DNA of 64,000 nucleotides from Gekko japonicus (lineage: Eukaryota), in the NCBI RefSeq assembly GCF_001447785.1, contig NW_015176007.1, positions 361,088 through 425,087 on the forward strand. Direction: 5' to 3'. The notes below the pieces were generated by a model that was not told where the DNA came from, ran no database searches, and was given only the letters and a program-made list of their open reading frames with translations. Every line of letters begins with the position of its first letter. Within the stretch, counting starts at the first letter, position 1. Both the position numbers and the translations under genes were made by a program. Shown piece by piece: positions 1 to 12,600 of the stretch.

Positions 1-359
1 TTTAAAAATTTTTTTAAGCCTATGTCTGTTTTCCCTACTTTGTTTTCTGTTTTCCGTCACTTGCATTTTTCACTGTCTGCATCCCATTAGAACCCAGAGT
101 CTCTTCAGATTCAGACCTCTCAAGTTGTCTCTTGGAACATCAATCTGGCTAGGAAGAAATCAATGGATGAAGCCCAAACCAGTTGCTGCCAAGGAGGTGG
201 GGTAGGGGAAGGCCCAAGATCAGGAATGGCAACCTTCCTTTCTGATCTCCCCACTTCTGTTTCTGTGTCTATCCTGTATCAATGTTTTCTCCCTCTTCTG
301 AAGCATGTCGTTGACTTTCGGCAGCCAGTTTTAAGCCTCTGCGTTCTCCCCATTGATAG

Positions 360-2039
360 GAATTTTGTGGCCTTTGAAGTCCCAAGAGAAGACGAATTCT
401 CCCCACTGAAAAATGCAGACACTGCCGACAAAGATACGCCCACCACGGCACGGCAGGCACTCCTGTCCCAACACTACCGCTGGGCTGTGAAGGCTGGAGC
501 AACATTTGTTGATGCCAATGGCCAAAGAATACCTGAGAAACACAGGTAGGTGGGGATGCTTCTCCTGTCCCCCCCCCCCCAAAAAAAAACCCCCACAAAC
601 CAGTGGCATTCTGCAAACTGTTGTTTGGAGAAGCAATTTTGGAGCAGGAGGACTGGAAAACTGCAGTCTCCAGTGCTAAATGTTTGCAGTATGATTTGTA
701 GCTTCTGAGACCTGGTCTTATGCTTTGGGGGAGGAGGAAAGAAGCTTCACAGGTGTGAATACAGCAACTGATTTCTAAAGCAAAAGGGGCTGGAGCTTGA
801 AGCTTGCCGAGGTGTTTCCCTTTCTGACCCAGAATCTCTTTCTCTCAATCCCAGATATGTATGGGCTTCTTGTGGTTACTCCAACACTGAGGGAAAGGCA
901 CTCTGCACATGCTATATGGCTTCTGTTTTGTTGTACACATATCTGCAGAGAAGCATTAACTGCATTTTTCTCTCTTTCAGTTTATCAGGAGATGAAGAGT
1001 CACCAGTTGTATGTGAGATTTCGCCTCTAGTCTCTTACTTTGGGGAGGTGAGAGTAGATATTTTTATAGACCATGTTAAGGTTTATGTGCTTGACTTGTA
1101 AGGGAAATTAACCATGTACTTTTTAACTGGCTTAGAAATACAGGCGCAGTTGGTGTGGATCCCTGAAATTTCCTGAAGATTTCGTTATGCTCCTACCAAA
1201 CAGAGAACATCATTAGAAACTTTAAAAACTTTAGAACATCAAAAAAATAATTGTTTAAAATGTTTATATTAAAAGCATAGTTGATTAGAATTGTATTATT
1301 AAAAGTTGGTCACATCTTTTGCTACAAAAGCATGTCTTTCTGCTTTTCACCTACCCCCCAATGAATGGAGAGAGGGTTGAAAAATAACATGGAAAACAAA
1401 TGAAAGAAGCACGATTCATTATGTGAATGAGAATGCTGATAGATAAAGGAATGTTTTTTAATTTGTATCCCTGGTGGTCTGGTTTAATGATGTCAGAGAA
1501 AAGGGAGAAAGTCAGGATAGATCAGGATATCAGTCAAACAGATCTTGCAACAGAAGAGACTTGTATGGGCAGGTCATTTCTTTCTGCAGTGTTGCCATTA
1601 ATTATTGTTGGTCCAGTGGCAAGTGGTTTTGGGGAAAACCCAGGCAGGTGAGTTTAAGTGGTCAGAAGGGAATCTGGAGTTACGAAACATCATTGAAGTT
1701 CTGCAGCTAAAAACGTTTCCCACTGAATCAGATTAAATTTCAAAAACAGTAGGGAATAGTAATCAATATTATAGAAATATTAATATCTTGATAGGAAAAT
1801 GAATTTGTTTTACACATCCTTACTTAATTCTGAGAGGAGGTATAGGGGTTGGACTGCTGATCAGTGACCACGGTAGAACTAAGGGAGTGCTTCCAAAATG
1901 ATTTCCATAATTTATCTTTCCCTGTTTTACTTTTTTCTTTTCTTTTTAGGGTCTAGAGACATACCTGAAAGCAAAAAATCTTCAGTCACCTTTTCTTCTG
2001 GATGAAGAAGCCGTGAAATTCATGGCACAGCATGAATGA
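360..2039 (+). CDS. UAP1L1: UDP-N-acetylglucosamine pyrophosphorylase 1-like 1, last three coding exons (5' part outside window)
   Basis: Exons 360-545 (NFVAFEVPREDEFSPLKNAD...PEKH), 981-1047 (LSGDEESPVVCEISPLVSYFGE) and 1950-2039 (GLETYLKAK...MAQHE*). All GT-AG with continuous frame. UAP1-family motifs EFSPLKNA and CEISPLVSYxGEGL; position upstream of MAN1B1 favours UAP1L1 over UAP1. Confidence 0.92.
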
Positions 2040-5000
2040 AGGAGACCTCTTTCAGGAGATAAACTTTGGCAACCTTCTTTATCTGGGGAGTTGCTTATTT
2101 TCAAGTTTCTTTCATATAATTCTTAACTTTATGTCTTATGGAAGCAGTGCTTCAGTGGCAGATGCTAGGAATTCTATGGTCAATAATATAGAGCCAGACT
2201 CTTATTATATTTTTTGTAGGGCTAAAAACTAGCATAATTACCTCACTGTGTTTTGTATCGGGATGTGAAGTTCTGTATTTCTGTCCCTGGTTGCTAAATA
2301 ACCAGAAGCTGTGATAATAAAACTGGAAATGCCAACTGAGATAGAAGCCATAGTGGAAGACTTGCAGTGGCATAATTGGAGAGGGCTGTGATGGAGTGTG
2401 CCCTATTCTGACATTTCAGACCAGCTCCCTATAAGTCTGAAGAAGGCACTGGAGAACACCACCCCTAGCCTGTGAGGAGGTGCCGTCGTCTCAAAGAGGG
2501 CTGTTCGCCTAAAGCCCCTGGAGGTCCATGTCTAACTTGCATTGCTGGCCTGATCTGCACCCTGACTGATGAGGAGGCTTTAGTTAAATTTTGGCTGGTG
2601 AAGAACTGCCTAGGGACCAACAGGGTTGGCACCCATCCTGTCTGCACACAACCACCAAGAAGCGTTTTGGTGCTCTTTTGCCTGAACATAATTTTTTCTT
2701 TTCCTAAATCTTGAAGCTGTGTTCTTTGTAGCTCCTTGGGGAAGGGCCATTTACCCTGAAGATGCTGCATGTGCAGGAGGGGGAAGGAAGAGAAATACTC
2801 ATACCTGCTTGGCACCTGATACCTTAAAGTGATTGTGGCAGAACGTGCCTCCTCTGGCTTGCAGGCCCTGTTCCGCCCTGCCCTCATAGGTTTTTCTCAA
2901 CATCTGGAGAGGCTTTTATTCCACTCTCAGGGTAGCCTGCCACCACCACCACCTGACCTTTATAAGGTATTGCCCGCTGGGGAGGGTTAGGACTCCCAGC
3001 TTCCCTTCCAAGTTCTGAGGCCTTGCCTCTGTGTCTCCCGCTGCCCAGCGCCTGGTCACCACAGGGACAGATTACTGCCTTGCGCGTCCCTGGAGGACTA
3101 GCCGCTTGCCAACTGCTTGCCTTCCTCCTGGTGCTCCTTTTCAAAACAGCATGTCCAAGACGGTGGAGGTCTATGTGGTACAGAGAACCACTACCAGCAC
3201 CCAGAGTTACAAAGTATTCATTAAGAAGAAGAACTGGCCTGATTTGTATACTTCGTGCAGTCTGAGCACATTTTCATGATTGTATGTAGCTTAATCTGTT
3301 TTGTATGTTTTTGCCTGTGTAAGGAGCCTAAAATAATCCCAGCTATTAAAATACAATTCAGCCACTTCTGAGATTTCAGCAGGCATAGCTTATATATTTT
3401 CAAACTATTTTAACATGAACAAGAAATGAAAGGTGATGAGTTAGAAGAGGCTAAGAAAATTCTGCACCCTCTGTCATCTTCTGAATAATGACTTCTGCTG
3501 GTGAGAAGCAAAGCAACAAATCTATTTCCATTGTGCATGTGTAATTTGATTCTTAGAAGAAAGTTGATCAAAATTCAGGATTCAGGTTTCTGAAATATCA
3601 AGAACTGGCCGTTTGTATACAATTTTCATTCCTTTTCGTATAGACTAGAAACGTACTTTTACATTTATAAAATGTTATCCAGAGTGATGTGAGATTTCCA
3701 CTACCCTTGCCTTGGTCTGAATGTGTTTTTGCTTTTGCAGATGGCTACATCTGGGTTTTTCAAGGAGGGGTTTCCTTTAAATCAATTTAGAGTGGGGAGG
3801 GCAGTATATAAATCTAATAAAATAAATAAATAAAAAGGAGGCCGTAGTCTGGATTTTCTACTGTATTAAATTGCAGTGATCAGAGATTACATGGAGCTTC
3901 TTAAATATTGGAATATCTTTGATTTCATTACATTATGCCACTCACTTTGAAATATGTAACTACTGCATTGATGATGTTGTGAATGAATAAAGGCATTTGC
4001 AGATCACAAGAATGAAACAGTAATGCAATAGGTTCCTGCCTTTACCTTTTCATGGAGAATAAGATGAAGGATATTTGCGTGTTGAAACAGCCATCCTCTT
4101 AACCCTGTACCTGGGCTAGAGGGCCAGAAGATGCTCCAGATATACAATCTAGACTTGCAGCATTTGTTTACCTGTTGAATGGCAGAAGTATATGACAAAA
4201 CATCAGTGGAGATGCAGCCATATTTTCCTGTACACAGAGGAGAAGGTATATAATGAATATTTGAACTTCTTTTTCCCTTTATTTTTCTAAACATTATGAA
4301 ACAAGTGAGGGACTGCTGGCATGTAAGGCTATCTTGTTTTCCTATGCCCAGACCAGTCCATCTTCCCGTATTGCCATCTAGGGCAAGAATGACAAAACAG
4401 TTGAGGGATTCTAAATTCGCATAACTAATAATTGCATCTTGGACTGCAGAGATAACTGAACAGTTGGGCTGTCTTTTGGTTAGCTAGAAGGTACTTGTTT
4501 GGATGATATTTCATACCTGGAGCTTGATCCTATGCATGTTTGTGTGTAGGAAATTAGTCTTGCTATATTCAATTAACCTTTCTCCAGGGTGTATGTGTAT
4601 GGAAGCACAATGAACATTACAGTACAAAAGATGACAATATAAATGTTGAAATTCATTTGTGGTGGAAATAAAATCTAAAAAGTACACCAGAATAATAACT
4701 TTTATTGGAACCAACCAAATTTTTGCAAAAGTGTGAGCTAACTTCCCACCTCCACCCCTTTTATCAGGCAGGCTGCAATGCTTGACAGAAAACCCCCAAA
4801 GTCTGCAGCATGGTAGTCCTTGTAGTAACAAAACTTGGTAAAAAAAATCAAGAGAAGCCAATGGGTAGCTTTATGTAGGGGCTGGAGGATATGTGAATTC
4901 CCAGTTCTAGCGAGCTTCTCTATCACAGCAGGCCTCAAGGTGTCTCTTGTGCACAGCACCACTTAGTCCAGTAATTGTAATGCCTATAGGTCTCTCTCTT

Positions 5001-6099
5001 AAGACTACCACAAACAGCAGGGAGGGGGGTGTCATATCATGAAATATCTTTTTCTCACACATACATTGGTCTGGGTTTTTTTAAAAATCATCTTTATTAA
5101 TTTTAAATTAATGTACAGTACAGCGTAATACAGTGCATCCATCTACAAGAATGTAATCTAAATGGAAAGAGTCGAAACCTACAAGGTTAACCACCTCAGA
5201 TAAAGAGGGTTAGGGGGGAGAATATCTAGAATCTGTAAGTAGGAGACTACAGGGAACCAAGTTGACACAAATGTGGAGTGGTGTGGGGTATCTGATTGTG
5301 CACACCTGAGCGAAACACCCAGACTTTGGCTTGTCCTTTGTCAAATCCTGCTTCTGAATTTTTCTGTTGGACCAACAGACCCACTGATAATCTTTAGGAA
5401 CATCACTGCTGCCATAAGTTTTTATGTTAGATTTCTATTCTGCCTTTCCTTTGGCATGATCAGCACAGCTAACAATGTCACCCGTGTAGCCAGGGGAACA
5501 TTTTCCAGTGTTGAACACAAATCAAGCAGAAGAATCACACAAGGTAAGACAACTTTTGCTGGAAAGCTGTACATGTAGGTCACTATTAGTTAAAGCACTT
5601 TAGATGGCACATTCTTTTATCTTGTAAATTGCAATATACTGAGAGTCAGACTATTACATTTTGTTCCAACTTCCACCTTTTCTCTAAGAAGATCCATTTA
5701 ATCCTCAAGGCCAAACACTGCAGAAGAATGATGGCCAGGGCCCCAAATCACCCACAGTGCAGCCTCCCAGTGGCTTTTACAGTTCCCATGGATTCTAGAA
5801 CTAGAGTCTTCTCTCAAAGATTAACTAGCTGGCAGTAGAAATTTTCCAAATAAGTAAATTAATAACTTTATTATGCTAAAAGTACTTTAAGAAGGTGACC
5901 AATTACGATTCTCAAAACTGCACAAGAAAGTTTTCTTTATTTTATGCTGGTTGCCAACTCTGAGTTGGGGAATTCCTCGAGATGTGAGGGTGGAGCTGGG
6001 GGAGGGCACGGTTTGGGGAGAAGGACCTTAGCAGGGTATAATGCCATACAGTACATCCTCCCAAGCTGCCATTTTCTTCGCGGGAACTGATCTCTGTAG

Positions 6100-6620
6100 T
6101 CTGGCGATCAGTTGTAATTCCAGGAGATCGCCAGGCATCACCTGGAGGTTGGCAACTATTCATTTTGCACGGAAGCGGTTCCGTGGCGCTGTTGAGAATT
6201 GTAAGGGGGAGTTTGCTAGGAACGGCATCATAGAGCTTCATCTTTGTGAGAAAAGAGACACACGGAAGAAGCCGCTCTCTCCGCTCATGTCTATAGCCTG
6301 GGCAGTAGCCGGAGGAGTCATGGCGGCCGTGGAAGGAACGGTCAGCGGTTGAGGGGCCGCCGCTGGCCACTATGTACTCGGCTTCATTGCCGCCGCCTAG
6401 GCGGGACTTCATCTCGGTAACACTCAGCCCCGGCGGTGGAGGGATTGAGGCCGCGGTGGGAGGAGGAGGCTACAACAACAGCAAGGCTTGGCGGAGACGC
6501 TCTTGTTTACGGGTAAGGAAGAGAGCCATAGAGTCGCGGGGGGTAGAGCGGCTCAGGAGCGCCCCTTGTGGAAGGGGCAAGGTGGACAGACCCCTCGCTA
6601 TGCCTTTCGTAGGAGGAGAG
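6100..6620 (+). promoter_or_regulatory. CpG-rich promoter/first exon region of MAN1B1
   Basis: Local CpG/GC enrichment around the first coding exon, with CGGAAG ETS-like motifs near 6170 and 6263. Confidence 0.65.
6320..6352 (+). other. upstream ORF ([10 protein letters not shown]) in the putative MAN1B1 5' leader
   Basis: gtcATGG strong Kozak at 6320 and TGA at 6350-6352; 52 nt upstream of and out of frame with the main ATG at 6372. Confidence 0.55.
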
Positions 6621-9600
6621 CGGGAAGGGGGAAGGGTTGTTGGGAAAATGGTCTCACAGTGGTCGTTCTAATGCCTTTTATAGCAGGAGGGGCTGGGGTT
6701 TGAACAGCTGCAGGGCAGAAATCCACCAGATGTAGCTGCTTCTCTGGCATTGCGGGAAAAGCTGCATTAGCTGGATTTCTTTCTTGGTATGCTCCTGTTA
6801 TTCTGGAGCCCTGCCGAGGTCTGTAATAGCTGCAGATATGGCAAGAATCCCACAAGTGCAGCCACTTCTCTCCTCCTGCCCCTCATGGTTGTATGGAAAG
6901 CTGCACCTGAGAGCCTTGCCAGGAGGTTGTGTTTTTAATTTATCTCTGTATGGTAGACTGGTAGTTGTGCTTTGGAGTTATGGATATGGGAAACGGGAGA
7001 ACCAGTAAAATGTACTTGCAACCCTATTTGGGAGCGCTGGACTCCACAGACTTCCTCCTATGCTACACTATTGGTTTGGCTAGCTTTGAAAAAAATGCTG
7101 GCAAGACTTCCTACATGTCTAAAAGCTGCAGGGTAAGATAAGGAACTCAAAGGTGACGTGTTTCCTTCTCTCTTGTTGTTGGAAAAGCTACAAATGTTGG
7201 ATTTTAGCCCTGTCACACTACTGTTAAATGCAGGCATGTGAACCCTCCCAGGATAGTTTTTAAAAATTACAACTTCACAAGTGCCCTGGGTGGAGGGAAA
7301 AGGAGCACCAATAAATCCTGCTGGCAGCCCTGTGTGAGAGCCCTAGTCTCTCCAGGTTTGCTCTTATGTGATCCCTAGCAGAACCTCTGAAGCCCTGCTG
7401 GATCAGACAGAAGGCCCATTTAGTTCAGTGTTCTGTCTCCATAGTGGCCCATGGGTATGAGGACAGCAGCCTTCATTTGCTGCTATCCCCCCAGTTGTTG
7501 ACCCCAGCAATGTGGTGTTCCTGAACATGGAGGAACATCACAACAAAAGCAAGAAGGGCAGTGGCTCAGTGGTAGAGCGTCTGCTTGGCATGCAGAAGGT
7601 TCCAGGTTCAACCCCTGGCAGCTCCAGTTAAAAGGGATCAAGTAGAAGGTGATGTGAAAGACCTCAGCCGAGACTCTGGAGAGCTGTTACCTGTCTGAGC
7701 AGACAACACTGACCTTGATGGATCAAGGGTCTGATTCAGTATAAGGGTGAAATGCCAGGGCTCTCACCCTTTGAGAAATGTATGTGTGGAGTAGAGAATT
7801 GGCAGGATTCTTTTGACAGCTGCCACCAAGCCCCAGTCAAACAGGGAAGTGAAATGAAGCATTGCTCTTGATCTAGTGCACCAGGCCATAGAGAAGAGAA
7901 ATGTGACGTGTTCATATTGAAGTTAAGCTGCTCGAGGCAGAGGCAAGAGTAGAAGTGTGATAAAATCCGAGTGGGTTCAAAGGCTTGTGGAGTGGGTGTA
8001 TATTACTCTCCGAAGTTCCCAGTCATTGTTCCCTAATTGCAGTTGCTTGTGTTTATCCCTCCTTAACTTTCCCTCCCATTTCTCCACTGCTGTGAAACTT
8101 GAAGCTGTAAACTGCTTGGGGCAGGGATTATTTATTTATTTTGTTATGGGGTGTTTTGGGAAACTTTTTGCCATCCACCCAGTCCACGTTGAGCCACAGC
8201 TCTCTGTCTGAGGAAGAGGATCTTTATCTTAGGAAAGGGGCAGAAGAATATCCTTGATAAAGAGGCCTGGGTCAATTAAAATTCCTTTTCTGTGGCTGTT
8301 TTCTATGTTCTCCTCCTACTTTTCCTATGTGTTGATGCAGCTTTCTTGCTTTGGATTGTACTGCAAAGTGCCAGGTTCATTAATGGCACTGCATGAATAA
8401 TAACTCAGGAGGTGTTTCTGCCTCTCGAATGTGAGGAAATGAGGGAGTTGAAGCCAAGCCATGTTGAGTACTGTTTGTACAGGCTTGCAGAGAGGGTTGG
8501 AGGGCTGCTGTGCTGATTCTGCTCCGTACCATGGGCTGCAAACAACATCTGATTTCCTGTAACGTTGTTTCACTCTCAGAAATGGAAGCAGCTGTCCCGT
8601 CTCCAGCGGAGCGTGATCCTCTTCGTGTTTGCCTTCTTGGCCGTCTGTGGAGTCATCACTTATGCCAACATGGCCGAGCCCTGGAAAAGTGAGTCTCCCG
8701 CCTTGGATGTGCCAACATTGTCTGCTGTTAAATAGGGCTGCGAGTTTGAGCAACTAAATCCAGGGAGGACAGGCTGTGACGTACGGGTTGAGTGCACGCT
8801 TTAGCTGCCGTCCCCCGCATCTTGGGGAGCAGCTACCAGGAAAGACTGTTGTCTGCCCAGAGCTCTGGAGAGCTGATGCCCGTCACAGTAAACAGTACTG
8901 AGCCAGGTGGCTTGATGCTCTGATGTGGCATACGTTTAGTGTTTGGATGGAGGCTGTGGTTAGTGGGAGAGTACCAGCTTTGCATGCAGGAGGTCTGTTA
9001 GGGTTAGCGTTGTAATCAAGAGGGCACTTCCCTGGAGTGGTGTTGCATCAAGCAACTGAGGACAGTTTAGATTCCAAACAGGGTTTATTGTAAATCTTAA
9101 ACAGGCACAACAGTTGCTGTATCATTCATTAAGGCAGCTTAAGTCCAGGCAACACCTTTTTATTTCCTGTCCTACAATACTACATCTCCCAGCAGGCTCT
9201 GTTTTATAGCCACAGCTATACCGAAGAACACCACAAATGGATATCCCTGAAGGGTCTGTCATGACTGTCTGTCATGTGTACCTCTGATCCAGGTGACAGG
9301 GTCGACAGCCAAAGGGACCTTTCTGTGGGTACACAATCTTCAAGGGACTGGGAGCTGGACTCCCTGCTCTGGGGCGGGGTGGGGGTGGCAAGCTGGAAGG
9401 GTCCTTTCCTTCCTCCTGCCAATAGGAGGGACAGGGACAGGGGAGGCTGGGAGGTGGCTCAGTGTGTGTGTGCCGCCCGACCACTCCTGGGTGCTGAGGG
9501 ATGGGACTGACCCGTCACACAGCTGCATGCCAGCTGCTTGGCTGCTCCTGGTCAGAGCTTCTCCGGCCAGCACAAAGTCTAGTGGCTCTCTGCAGGAGCT

Positions 9601-12600
9601 TGTGTTGAGGTTATTTTGATACTGATGAGTTAATATAACAAGGGACTTCAAAACAGCATTAAACTTGGTCCCAGATTTTCATCCTTTGGATGTCGACTTC
9701 ACTTGCCTTGCATTGTTTGTTCTGAGAGCAATGCGTATATTCAGGTTGGGAGCATGCTACTAGTTTGGTTTTCTGTAGGGTTTCTAAGTTTGTTTTTCTG
9801 TAAGCCCTTGGGAGCTCTAGAGTCAACTGCTGGTTTTTTGGGGTTTTTTTTTTTGTATTTTGTTTGTGTGAGCCTGGAAGTCATGGTGACTTCTGGCGAC
9901 CCCTAGTTGGGCTAGGACATTTCAGAGAGGTGGATTTGATATTGCCTGCCTCTGTATCCTGGCCCTGGTATTCCTTGGAGGTCACCCTTCCAAGTTCTTG
10001 CCAGGGTCGGCCCTGCTTAGCTTCCGAGATCTGACGAGAATGGGCTTGCCTGGGCTATCCAGGTCAGGGCTTCAGCTACTGATTTTGCTATGTTGCGTTA
10101 GTGGCATTCACAGCAGTTAATTCCTCCATACAGGCCTGACCAGCAGATCCACAGAGGAGCAGAAGACGGATTTGGAGATTCCGGGTTTGAACCCAGCAAA
10201 TCAGGCAGTTCTGCCAATACCCAAGAAAGCTGATCCTAATCTGGGGGATTACTCAGATTTTTCGCTTCAAGTAATTTTTAAAAATGTTTTCCTTATGTGT
10301 GAAGGGTTGGGATAGCAGTCTTATATGCTGTGTACTTCATTGCTGGAGCCTTGTTAGTGCTGCCTGTGCATTTTTTAAACTTTTCATTTACAGGGAACTT
10401 TTCCCACATAGACTTTTCTGCCCAAGATCCTCTGCATATTGTAGAAGATTTGGGGGCATTTTAGGGGGTGCATGCCTCGCTCTCGCCCCGTATCAGGTAA
10501 GAGTGCAGTTTGCCCCTGCAGTTTTCTCCTACAGCTGCACATTACAGGGGAAGATTTAGTAGTGGTTAAGCAGACTGATTTTCAGGTAAGCACACCAGGC
10601 ATTATTGATTGAGGCACTGGCAATCATAAACTCTGGAAAAAATGTAGAAAAAGAGAACCCAGATAACCAAGAGGCTGAAGCACCTTCCCTACAAGAGAAG
10701 GTTAAGGGGTTTGGGGATTTTCAGTTTAGGGGAAAGGACAAGTAAGGGTGGGGCATGGTTGATAAAGCTATGGATGGAATGGAGAAGGTGGATCGAGGGT
10801 AATTCTTCCCGTCCCAGAATAACAGAGCTTGAGGTCACCCAGAGAAATTGATGAGTAGCAGATTTGGGATGTTATCGTGGAAGTACTCAGCCACACACAA
10901 AGCACACTTAGTTTATGGAACTCACTATCACAGGGTATGGCAATGGCTGCCCAGTCAGATGACTTTAAAGGAGATTCAACAAATTTTATGGAGGAAAGGA
11001 CCAGTGCTCCCTCTAAGCTGTGGAGTCTTGTGAGCAAAAATTCTACTTTGTGAGCTACCGGCATTAAAGTTGTGAGCAAGCGATTTGGCTACTGCATAAA
11101 TTAGTTTGCTCTGGAGCCATCCTCCCTGAGCTAAGACAAAAATGTGTGAGCCAGAGGCTAAAAAACTGTGCTAGCTCACACTAATTCAGCTTAGAGGGAA
11201 CTCTGGAAAGGACTATTAATGGCTATTGCCCTGTATAGCCAAATAGAACTTCCATGTTCAGAGGCAGTGTACCTCTGAATGCTGGGAACTTGAAGGCAGC
11301 AGCGGGCATGCATTGCAAAGGTGTTGCACTCTTCTGATTATAGCCTTCCAAGAAGCGTCTGATTGACACTGTTGGATGAGATGGACTCTAGACCTGAGTA
11401 AGCAGGGCTTTAGTTCTTAAGAAACCCATGATAAAATTCCATGCGCTGTCTGGAAAACAGCTTGTTCACTTGTTAAGATGAAGTAGCAGACCTCTGATTG
11501 GGCTCTTTGCTCTCAGCTGTACTGAAAGATAACTTGTTTCTTAAGAAGGATTCTGGGATCTGCAGCAGATGTTTTATCTTCTGTTGTTACGTTTGGACCT
11601 TGGAGAGTAGCTTACAACTCCATACTTTGTGGCGTGTGCAGGTTTCAGGGAAAAAAATCTTGGCCCTATTTTCTTGTCCACCTGGATGTTGTCCACTACG
11701 GGCATTCTGGATGGTGAGCCCTGCCCTTCAAGTGTCCTGCCCTTAGTGCATTGCTCAGCGTAGGTGGACTTTTGCTGCTGTAAAGTGGGGTTGAAGTGGC
11801 TGAAGACCTGAGTCTTTATCACTCTTGAAGTCAAACTGAATTGTATGTTCCATAGAGTGGGGATCGTATGGCTTCCATTTAAAGAGCCGTGTTCATTTAT
11901 TACTCTGTGACATACACAGTTGCTGTGGGAACTACCAAAGCTAACCCACGAGTTTCATGTGTCTAAGGAAGACCTGCATGTGTTCCTGCATCCTTACTCT
12001 CCTCTGAGAGATGCAATTGGGAGCTAGTAACAAGTGGCCCTGGTTTAGTCACACGTGGCAACAGCAAGGTGGTTCAGTCACCTGAGGCAACAGTTCAAAG
12101 GGATAAGCCAGGCATTGTTGGAGGAGTTCAAGCTGGGGCAGTTACATACCAGGCATCAGCTTATCGCAGCCTTGCCAGTGAATCCACAAGCACCAGGCCC
12201 CTTGCGCATTCATATACCATGCCAGTTGTGTGTGACAGTTGTAACAGACCAAAAGAAAAGGAGCTAACTCTCTTACAGGCAAGTAAGCATGCATTTGCAA
12301 GCCTTTTTTTTATCTTGCCACACGTGGGAGTAATCATGATGATTTCCCTTCACTTCCTTTCTCCAGAAGCCCCCAAAGGAGCTTCCAGTCCGACGAGGCC
12401 CCCCTAACCTGCAGCTCAGACCGCCTCGGAGAAATACAAAGGTGAAGTCGCAAGAGGGTGCAGCCAAGACAGAGGAAGAGCCGCGCCAGGCTGTCCAAGA
12501 ACACAAAACGCAAAAGTCTGTTATTAGGTAGGTGGGAGGAAGTGTCACAGATCCCAATGAACAAAAGCATGCGGGGGTAGGGGTGGGAGTTTTCCCGTCC

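Noticed and set aside
2400-3280. GC-richer stretch after UAP1L1 with minus-strand ORFs (2465-2887, 2884-3144) and splice-like motifs
   Set aside because: No recognisable protein family or consistent exon chain; most simply UAP1L1 3'UTR or a decayed repeat. BLASTX would settle it.
7555-7630. tRNA gene
   Set aside because: A/B boxes are present but it continues into a SINE body and lacks a convincing acceptor stem.
9950-10070. 5S rRNA gene
   Set aside because: Divergent 5' and 3' ends and fusion to a repeated body indicate a SINE head, not a functional 5S gene.
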